A stretch of 64,000 nucleotides of DNA from Nitrospirota bacterium (GTDB taxonomy: Bacteria; Nitrospirota; UBA9217), in contig CAWFSF010000006.1 of NCBI GenBank assembly GCA_963818475.1, positions 1,536,001 through 1,600,000 on the forward strand, in the 5' to 3' direction. Position numbers and translations under genes: made by a program. Each line of letters opens with the position of its first letter. The stretch's first letter is position 1. Below, one piece after another: positions 33,719 to 43,524 of this stretch. The notes under the pieces were generated by a model. The model was not told where the DNA came from. It searched no databases and worked only from the letters and a program-made list of their open reading frames with translations.

Positions 33719-36700
33719 TCACGGCGGCGAGCCCCGGCGCCAGAAGATCTCGGTTTCGATGGTGAGCCGATATCCGCCATCCCACTTGCCGGCGATCTCC
33801 TTCTTCAGCGCCTTGAGACGCTTCTCTACCAGACCTTCGTTCTCGACGTCCGCCAGGTACGACAGCCGCAGCACCGAAGGCGCTTTCCGCAATTCCTTCA
33901 ACAAAAGATCGATCCTCGGCTGCCACTGCATCCGCAGCTCCGTGCTCTTCGGTTCGAACGCCCCATCGGCGATATCCATGGACACCACGTGGTGGATCGT
34001 TGCGCCGAAGTTGAAGCGCAGCATTTTGCCGCGCGTGGCGCGCTGCACCCGCGGGTTTTCGGTGGTCACCCGATAGCCGGTGGGCAGGGTGCGATCGTCC
34101 AGCTTGAGGATGAAGTTGCTGCCGCGATTCTCGTCAGGGACCACCGCGCAGGTGATATGGAAGCGCCCGTGCTCGTCGGTGGTGGCGATCAGACCGCGTG
34201 CCGTCACCACGCGCACCCCGGCAAACCCCGTTCACCCGCATCCTGCTATCCGTTCAGATCGCGATCGTCGAACACCTTGCCGATCACGTCGGTGCAGTCG
34301 AAGGTCGGGTCGGGGATGACGCGCACGGTCGCTGTCGCCACCTCCGAGAACGGTCCGCCGGTGTCTGTATTGATCACCTGCGCCTGGTTGACGTACTCGC
34401 CTTCCGAGACGCCGGCGCCCACTACCAGGAGCAGCCTGATGGTGTGCTGCTGGTTATAGCCGATGGCGAGATTATTCCACACCAATTGACGGCCGTTAAT
34501 GACCGGCTCAAGCGCGGTGCTCGTCGATGCGGCTGGAGCCTTCCACATACTTGAACCCGGCCGGCATCGTATCGACGATCCCCAGAGGGGGCAGCGTGCT
34601 GCGCAGCGTGTTCTTGAAGGTGATCGTGTAGGGAACGAGCTGACCGCGGGTGACATTGATCAGGGGGCTCGTCTTCGTGATCGAGATCTTTTCCTCAACA
34701 TATGGATCGACCGGAATATGATTGTTGAAGATCTGGTTGTCATCGGGTTGCCAGTCGAATCCAACGTGAGGCGCAGGTAGTAGGTGGTGACCGCCCCCGT
34801 CGGCGCAGTCGCGGAGACCTGCGCCTCGCATTGATCCGTGGACGGAATGGCGTCATCGGGACAGACCGGTACTGAATAAGGAACCAGCGTTCGCTGCATC
34901 GAAAATGTTGCTCGGCAGGAATAGATCAGCGACGGCCCCGCCACGTATCCCGCAGGCACTGCCGTAACCGCGATGAGGTAGTCGCGCGCCGTCGGGACAA
35001 TTCTGGCTGACTGAAGTTCAGGTCGAACTTGTAAGTTCCGTTCGCCGGCGTCACCTGGTTCTGCTGAGACGGATCGACGAAGCAGCTCGCGGGCAAAGCG
35101 GTCCCCGTTGACGCCAGCAGCATGGTGAGTGTCACCCCACCCAACGGCTTGCGCGACACCGCATCGTAGACGACGCCGTTCGCCGGGATGACGGTTTGCG
35201 TCGGGTTCTCGGCGGGCAGCACGTTCAGATCATCGTCGCTCTTGATCGGCGTCGGCCAGGGACCGTGACAGCTCGGCCTGGTTCAGCACTACGGTCGCCG
35301 CTTTTGAGATCCGTCCTGAGGACAGCCTCGAAGACGATCGTCAGGGTTTCGTTCGCCTCGATATTAGCCGATGACGTTGAGCGTGGTGCCGTTGACTACA
35401 GCACTGACTCCTGTCGTCCCGGTCGAACTCGTGACAACGACATTCTGAATCGAACCCTGGAACCTCGGCATAGCGTTCAGGCGATCGATCTCATCGACCA
35501 GCGAGATATTTGCTACCCGAATACCAGTCGGGTTTTGTATGACGATGGTGTAGCGCAGCCGGTCACCCGGGTTCGCAATCGGTTTGTCCACGGTCTTCTG
35601 GAGCGTCACGACCGGAATCGGAACGGTCAGCGGCGGCGCAGCGGCCGTGGCCACGTAATCGTTGAGCCCGCCGATGCCGTCCGCGCCGGTGCGTTCATCG
35701 CTGTTCGCGCCATCGAGGCTGGTCCAGCGGACGGTCACGCTGTTGGTCAGCGTCTGACCGGCGCTGACCGTATCGAGCACCTTCACCTCATAGGTGATGG
35801 TGACCGTTGTCCCTTCAACGATGTCGATGTCAGCGGTCGGGGTGACCGGCCAGGCCCAGGTGAGGGTCTGGGCCGTGGTGCTGCCGTCGCCGGTCTGCAT
35901 CGGGTCGGTGATGGTATTGCCGGTGCCGTTGACCGTGGCACGTGCCGACCTGATAGGCCAGGCCCAGGCTCAGCATGTCGACGAGGCCGGCATCAAAGGC
36001 ATCGGAGAAGTTGGCGCCCGAGGCTGCCGTCAGGGTCACGGTGTAGGTCAGAATATCACCCGCTTTGGGTGGCGTCGTTGGACTCACGCTCTTGGTGACG
36101 GTGACGGAAGGCTCCACCACCGTCATGACGGCGGTGGTATTGCTGGCCCCCGACATCCGGGTGGCGGCATTACCGTCGATCTGGTTGTACGTATAGGAAG
36201 CGGTGTTGCTGAAGGACAGACCGGCATCGTTGCCGGCAACGTTGTTCATGCGCACCGTCACACTGACCACGATCTGTTCATTGGCCGGGATCTCGATGCC
36301 GTTGGTCGTGTCTTCGATAATTAGATCGGTACTGGTGTTGGTATTGACCGGCGTCCACGTCTGGGAACCAGAGACCTTGCTGATGCTGACCAGGGTCAGA
36401 TTCGCGCTGACCGCCCCGAGGTTGTCGAGAATGCGCACATCGTGCAGCGCCGCCGCCTGCGGGACAGCAGGCACGGTGATGGTGTAGGTGAACTCCTGGC
36501 CGATTGTTGCGGTCGTGCTCGCCGGATTCTGCTTCAGCAGCCCACCGGGCACAGGCGAGGTCAGGGTCTGCTGCGCCGTATTGGTCGGGCCATAAACCTC
36601 GCGGTCGGCAGCGCTGCCATTGGCCGGTACCGCCTCATCATCGAAGGAGTAATAGAGCGTTGCCTGGGCTGTGTTGGTCAGGGTCAGACCGGGACCGAGG

Positions 36701-39700
36701 TCCGCATCGGCCGTCACCTGATAGACCACGCGCAGAGTGTCGCCCGCCGGGATAGTGTAGGCATTGGCGACGCCGGAATCGAAGTTCCAGGTGGCGACAC
36801 CAGTAGTGGCATTGTAGACGGGGGCCAGTACCGGCAGGCTGGTGTTGGTGTTTACCAGGGTGATGGCGGTGGTGGTCACTCCGCCCTGCCGTAGACCTAC
36901 CGGCAGGGTATCCACCAGCACCGTGTCGTAGGCTGGCGCCGCGCCGCTGTTGAGGATGCTGACCGTATAGGTGATGACCTCGCCCGCGTTGATGACCGTA
37001 TCCCCGCCCGCCGCCGATGCGCTCTTGCTCACCGTCAGTATCGGCTGCAACGTGGTGACGCTTGCGGTACTCGGCCGCGTCACAAGATCCCCGGCGACGG
37101 TGTATCCGAGTGTGGCGTTGTTTGTCAGCGTCTGGCTTGTCGGCGTCTGCGCGAACGTATCGTTGTTCAGCACGCGCACGCGGTAGCGAAGCACCAGGAC
37201 GTCATTGGTCGGATTGCCGTCACTGGGGTTGACCACCGTACCCAGAGTCCAGGTAAGGGTCTGCGTGCCGCTCGGCGCAGGTGGTGTGGGCTGGACCGTG
37301 CCGAAGTAGGTGGCACTGACCATTCCCACATACTGAAGTCCCGTCGGCAACGTGTCGGTGACGCTGACATTCGTGTGGGTGCCTTCCTGCAAGCCCAAAC
37401 GCAACTCGTATTCGATCAGATCACCGATACGGACATTGGCATCGGCAGCAGTATACGTATCGCTCGCCCTCACCTTGACAAAGGCTGTGCTATCTCCGAC
37501 GATCAACGTGGTGCTGTCAGAAGCAACATAGTCGTTCGGCACGACGCCGGTTCCGCCGCGCTCATAGGCGGGGAAGTCGCCATCGAGACTAGTCCAGCGG
37601 GCGGTCGCGGTGTTGGTCAGCGCCTGACCGATCACCACGTCGCTGTTCACCAGCACATCATAGGTGACGGTGACCGTCGTCCCCGCCGTGATATCGAGAG
37701 CGCTCCAAGTGAGTGTCTGGGGGGTGCCGGTCACACTCGGTTCAGCGGGCACACCACTGATCCGCGCGGTCCCGGCAACATACGTCAGCCCCAGGCTCAG
37801 GGTATCGCTGAGCACGAGGTCATAAGCGTTGGAGGCCGGGGCCGGGGCAGCGATCAGGTTCACCGTGTACGTGAGAGTGCTCCCTGCTGTTGGCGGCGTA
37901 GCCGACGAGACGACCGTCTTGTCCACGGTAACTGCCGGTTCAGCGATGGTCAGTGCACCGCTGGTGCCGCTGGTCACTGCGCCGGCCGGAATGCCCGTAT
38001 AGGTATAGGATGCTGTATTGGTGAAGCTGACGCCGGCATTGGCAGTGGTGTTATTGGCCACGCGTGCGGTCAGCGTGATCACCGCCTGCTGGCCGGCAGG
38101 AATTGGGCCGATGGTGAGGCTTACGTTCTGGCCGGCCGTGTTGTCCGTCAGGGTGAACCGGCAGCGGCCACTGTGGCGCTCACATAGGTCAAGGCACTGA
38201 GTGCAGAGTGTCGGTGATGACCACGTTGCTGAGCGCGGCGTTGATCGGCGTGCCCGGCACGGTGATCTGGTAGGTCACCGTCTCGCCGATGGTCGCTTCG
38301 CGACGGCGACGTCAAGATCTTGGTCAGCGGCTGAACGATCACCTGGTTGGTCATCCAGACTTGTGCAGGGCGGAGGAAGCGTAGATGCGGCCATTCGCCG
38401 GCAGCGACTCAGTACTCGATGCAGTGTTGCGCTGTTGCTCCAGGTCTGGTCTGCGGCCGCGATGTCGGTATGGAAACCGATGGTGTAATCGATTGTCACG
38501 CACTGGCCCGGATTGACCGGTGTGCTGAGCACGAAGTTCATGGTGCCGCCGCGGCCGGCAGGCGGCGTATAGGTATAATCGGTCCCGGCAATGAGGGTGG
38601 TCCCGCCCACGGCCACCACCGGCGTGGTGATGCTGGTCTCATTCAGCTGGCTCGCCAGCAGGTCGGTAAGCTGGACATTGTAGGCCGGCGCCAGGCCGTT
38701 GTTGCAGGACGTCAGCTGGAAGTTCATTACATCGGTGGCAATGTTGACCTGGTACGGATCGGCCGAGGTACCGGCACCGGTGCGGCCGGTGCCCAGATCG
38801 ACCTTGGCTGATCGCGCTCATCTGCGGCTGACGCACGTCGACCCGCTCCGTGGTCGTCAATCGGGCGGGATAGACCGCCGGATCGCCGCCCGTATAGGAA
38901 AGCTTCGCCAGGTTGTCGAGCAGAATGGACGTGTCATAGCCCACACCCACCGGCGGCGCGTCAGTCACGACCTTCGCGACATACCGGATCACCAGGGCGT
39001 CGTCAGTCGATATGCCGTCCGGCGTGTTGATGATGTCGCCGAACTCCCAACGCAAGGTGCCGGTGGCGCCGGAGACCGGCTGTACCCCCAGGGTGTAACT
39101 GAAGTTCGGGCCACCGATGACGGAAAAGCTTTGCAGCGCCATGCCCACGGGCAGCGCATCCTCGACCACGACGTTCCGGGTCGTGTATTCCTGCATGTTC
39201 AGCGTCAGATCGTAGGTGACGGTGTCGCCGACGCGCAGAATCGGATGCGGTGCTGGTGGAAGGATCTCGGCATAGGAATCCGCGTAAACCGATTTGACGA
39301 TGGAGGTGTTGTCAACCGTGTAGACGGTGACCGACTGGCCGGGCCGGTGCAATAGTCGTTCGGCAGGGTTATAGTCGGACAGCCCGCGCCGGTGCGCTCG
39401 CGCCCCGGGACCGGATTACTGATCGGATCGATCGGATAGTCCTCATCGAGCGAGGTCCAGTCCACATAGGCGCTGTTGGTGAAGGAACTCACCGAGGAGG
39501 CGTCCACCACGGTCACCTGATAGGTGAGCACCAGCGACTGGCCGGCGGGAATGTCGAGACTGCCGTCGTCGTTGTCGCGGCCCCAGACCAGGGTGGTGCC
39601 GGAGGGCGTGGCGGGAGTTCGCGACAAAGCCGGTGACCGCGACGCTGTTGATCGTGGCCGTGGCGGAACCGGGGACCAGCGCTACGTTCGCCGGCAGGGT

Positions 39701-42174
39701 GTCGGTGATGTTGGCATCAAAGGCCGTGGAAGCGTAGAGGCCGCTGTTATTGGTAATCGTTATCTTATATTCGAGAATGTCGCCCACCGTGGCGGGATCG
39801 GTTGCCGGTTTGCCGGCAGGCGAGACAAAGCTCACCGTCTTGGCGGCGGTCAGGAGCGGTTCGACCACGGTCATGTTGGCGGTGGTGCCCGCGCCGCCGG
39901 CCAATTGCGTGCTATTGACGCCGTTTGCCCGGTTGTAGGTGTACTACGCGCTGTTGTTGAAGAACACGCTGCTCTGGTTGGGGGCGCTGTTCAGCAGCTC
40001 CACGGTGATCGCGATCTTCGCCTGGCCATTGGCAGGGATATCGATGCCGGTGACCGTGTCTTCAAGGATGAGCGAGTTGCCGGTGCCCGTATTGCTGAGC
40101 GCCCAGGCGCCGCCCGTTACCACCCGCGCGCTCACAAAGCGCAGGTTCGCCGGCAGAGTATCCAGGATCCTCACGTCGTACAGGGGCACGGCGGTCGGGG
40201 TCGCGGGCACGGTGATGGTGTACTCGAACCGCTCGCCGATCGTGGCGGTCGTTTTTGCTGGGTTCGCCTTCGCCAGCGGGCCGGGAATCAGGATCGTCAC
40301 GATGGTGGGATCTTCGTCGCCCGCCACATCGGGCGAGGCCACGCCGTTGACGTAGGGATCATCGCTCAGGGCGGTGAAGCCGCCGGCGGCGTTCAGGGTC
40401 GCCTGGTTGGAGACCGTGGCGCCGTTGGCAAGGCCCGATTTCAGGGTGATGTCGAACTCGACCACGAGCTGGCCCCCGACCTTGACATCCAGAGCAGGCG
40501 CGCCAGAGATCTGCAGCAGGCCCGAGGTGGAATTAAAGCTCCAGGTGGCGCTGTATCCGGGGGCCCGTCGCAATGCGTGACGATTGCTGAAACGTGGCCG
40601 GATCGAAGTAGGTCAGGTTCAGCGTGTCGTTGATCGTGACCGTATTGATCGTTCTGATCAACATTGAAGACGCGCAGCGTATAGCGCAGGGTGTCACCCG
40701 GCAGCCGCCGTGGTAGCGGGGTTCGCAAGACTGGTCAGGTTCTGGACCGTCTTCTCGAAGTAGTAGCCGTGCAGTGGCCGCCGTGACGGTCTGGCTGTCC
40801 TGATAGTCAATGAAGTCGCCGGCGTGCCGTCGGTGAGCGTTCTGGTCGAATTCGCGGCGGCCGGCATAGGTACTGTTCGCGCTGAACCACTGGGTGGCGC
40901 CGGCGACATTGGTAAGCGTTGCGCCGTCATTGGTGAAACCCGGGATCGAGCTGCGTCTGGTAGGTGATGATCAGGTGCTGCTCGGGTGCGATCGGGCCCG
41001 CGGCATCGGTCATGGTCAGGCTGAGCTGGCAACCGCTGTAGGAGACCGTGTAGTCGGTGCCCGGAGCCAATGTCTTGACCAGGGTGGTGCCGTCGGCCTG
41101 GACGATCCTGGCGCTGAGCGTGGCAGTGGGGTCGGTGGCGCACATGCCGACCGGGAGCTTGTCGGCGATCGTTGCGTTCCAGGCGTCGCCGCCGCCGCTG
41201 TTCTGGACATCGATGGTGAAGGCCGCTGTGTCGCCCAGGTTCAGGGCCGTCGCCGGGCTCGTCTTGTTGACCACGAGATCGGGCGCCACGATGGTCATCG
41301 GCGCAGAGATGCCCGACTCGCCCGGGAGGGGGTTAAAGAATTCGTTGGAATCCACGATGCCGTCCTCATCGAGATCGATCCACCGTGAAAATTGCCACTT
41401 GGCAGTGTTGGTGAACTGCCTCCCTGGCACGTTCGTCGGCGTGTCATCGAGGACCACCGTCACCTCGACCACGATCTGCTCCCCGGCCGTGAGATTGGGA
41501 AGCGTGAAGTGGAGGTTCTTATCGCCCAGCTACCCAGAGTTACTGATCGGCACCGGTGTGCCGCTGCCTTTGTAGTAGGCGTTCAGGCTTACAAGCGTGA
41601 GATCGACGATACCGTCCGACGCCCGTCGTGGTGAGATCGTCCCAGACCTCGAATGCTGCCCAGGTCGTTCGGTGACGGGTCGCTCGCCAACGGGAAAATG
41701 TCATGACCGGGATCGTGAGCGTGTAGGTGAAGGGCAGACCGATGGTGGCCGTGGATGCAGGGGTCTTCTTATCGATGGTCTCAGCGGGGATCATGATATC
41801 CTGGCATGCGCCGCTGAAAGCCCCCTCTTCGGGGAGTTAACTACCCAGAGCTTGTGATCGATATTGGAACACGCCATATTGCCGGCGAACCAAACGTTGT
41901 CGAAGACAATGAGATATATCGTGGGGTCATTGGTTTGAAAGTTGATGGTTGCGGTCAGCGGATTGGACTGCGGCCAGTTCTGGAACGTGCAAGTCGTGTC
42001 GATCGTGATCTGGACAGGAGAGGTGCCGAGAACATTACCGTCAATCACGCCGAAGTACGGGGCCTCGGAGCAAAATTTCTCCGCCGCCTGCGCGGAGGAG
42101 GCCACACCCAGCACCAGGGCGAAGAGGAGCAGCAGCGGGAAACCGAGCCTGGCGCCGCGTGCTGTCAGGGCCAT
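33719..42174 (-). CDS. Giant DUF11/isopeptide-repeat surface protein, ~2800 aa (many frameshifts, one in-frame TAG)
   Basis: Signal peptide (LLLLFALVLGVASSAQA); many K(T/S)V...G..LTYT...D.LP.GL.YV...TNTA repeats; C-terminal DCTDVIGKVFDDRD..GLIATTDEHGRFHITC and a degenerate OmpA-like tail. Confidence 0.8.
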
Positions 42175-42360
42175 ACGAAAACGTTCCCACTTCCAGGCCT
42201 TCCTGATCGAACACGTTCCCCGCAGCTTGCCGCGCAACGGCAACGCCGAGGCGACCCCAAGTACCTGGGCTGCTCGAACGAGAAGGCCTGTAAAAAATGA
42301 AATGATTATGTTTTTCAAATTGTTATGCACTATTTGGCTACAACGTTGGGTCACGAGTGT

Positions 42361-42416
42361 AAAAAAAAAGCCGCCAAAAAATAGTCCTGTCGTGACAGGC
42401 GCTATACTTTGGCGGC
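42361..42416 (-). terminator. Riboswitch terminator
   Basis: Minus strand gccgccaaag...tttggcggc followed by U9; the 5' arm overlaps the aptamer 3' end. Confidence 0.8.
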
Positions 42417-42523
42417 TCGACGGGCATGGAAAGCAAAGCTGGACCATCCTGCGTAGTCCTTGCTTTCTGTAGCCTCGGAACTCTGCGTCCCAAGGTTTCC
42501 CCTGGTTTGCTCTGAGCAAAGTT
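42406..42523 (-). ncRNA. GEMM-I (cyclic dinucleotide) riboswitch, A20 variant
   Basis: acuuugcucAGAGCAAACCaggGGAAAccuuGGGACGCAGAGuuccgaggcuac...augcccgucgagccgccaaagu; P1 ACUUUG/CAAAGU, GNRA-capped P2. Confidence 0.85.
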
Positions 42524-42575
42524 GAAAAATTATGAAATTGTCAAAGCAGCAAACGAAATCACTGAAATCTATACA

Positions 42576-42604
42576 ACTTTAGCATTATACTGCTTTGCTG
42601 TCAA
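42576..42604 (-). promoter_or_regulatory. Putative sigma70 promoter of the riboswitch leader
   Basis: TTGACA-17-TAAAGT with TGn extension, about 50 nt upstream of the aptamer. Confidence 0.55.
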
Positions 42605-42900
42605 GAATCAGAAGAAATAAAATTCTAGATAGAACAACCATTAGTATTCACAAGTTAAAGCGGTCACGGTTTTAGTGGGTCTTCATCTTCACGTTGGCCA
42701 TACTACATGGGAAACTTAAAGTGGTATGTGATTTTAAATACAAAAGTATTATGTGATTCTGATTACATTTTATAAGCGAAGATAGCAATAAAGCTGTGAT
42801 TGAAGTCACATCGCAAATTGACTCGGGAGTCGGAACAGGCCTAAAGAAACCACGAATCACGATGCGAAGTATACTGATTTAGTTGCATGCATCAGGCGCA

Positions 42901-42929
42901 AGAATAATAGTAATGTAACATTCTGTCAA
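42901..42929 (-). promoter_or_regulatory. Putative sigma70 promoter (duplicated, copy A)
   Basis: TTGACA-17-TATTCT. Confidence 0.55.
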
Positions 42930-43025
42930 GAACAATTGTCCATTTATTCGGGTGAATTTAAGGGGATGTGTCAAATTTGCAACAAAGAGCTAAAAGGCAG
43001 GCTATGTGTCGGTTTTAATGTTTCA

Positions 43026-43457
43026 TCACCTCGTCCACTTCTTCAGAATCTCCCTCGCAGCCACCACGCCGGAGATCGATGCCTGAATCAGGCCGCGGGT
43101 CACTCCGGCGCCGTCGCCGACAGCGAAGAGGTTCTTCACTTCTGTTTCGAGCCCGGAGGTGAGCTTCAGCTTCATGGAATAGAATTTCACCTCCACGCCG
43201 TAAAGCAGCGTATCTCCCGAATTAACACCCGGCGCCACATTGTCCAAAAGCCTCGAGCATTTCCATGATATTGTGAAGATGGCGGTAGGGAAGGACAAAG
43301 CTCAGATCACCGGGCGTTGAATCCTCGAGCGTCGGCCGCACTGATCCCTCCGCTGCCCAGGAGGTTCGCCAGGCCGGCTATGTACTTGCCGTACGCGATC
43401 GGCTCGTCAAAGGGGCTCGTGAACTCCGTGCTCACCAGGAGGGCGAAGTTCGTGTTC
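43026..43457 (-). pseudogene. Duplicated 3' fragment of the FAD oxidoreductase gene
   Basis: 43038-43457 is nearly identical to 47391-47874 apart from a 65-nt deletion, a 1-nt insertion and a few substitutions. Confidence 0.9.
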
Positions 43458-43476
43458 TCGACAAAACAAGGGACAC

Positions 43477-43514
43477 AAAAAAAGGGGCAGGATTTATCCT
43501 GCCCCTCGTTTTTT
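43477..43514 (-). terminator. Intrinsic terminator (possibly bidirectional)
   Basis: A7-ggggcaggat-tt-atcctgcccc-tcg-T6, just after the stop at 43525. Confidence 0.8.
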
Positions 43515-43524
43515 AGTGTTCCAA

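Noticed and set aside
41791-42519. ORF starting at 42519
   Set aside because: Its 5' part runs through the riboswitch and terminator; the real start is probably 42174 (or GTG near 42330).
43026-43457. DGR template/variable repeat pair
   Set aside because: Differences from 47391-47874 are few and not adenine-specific, and there is no reverse transcriptase in the window.
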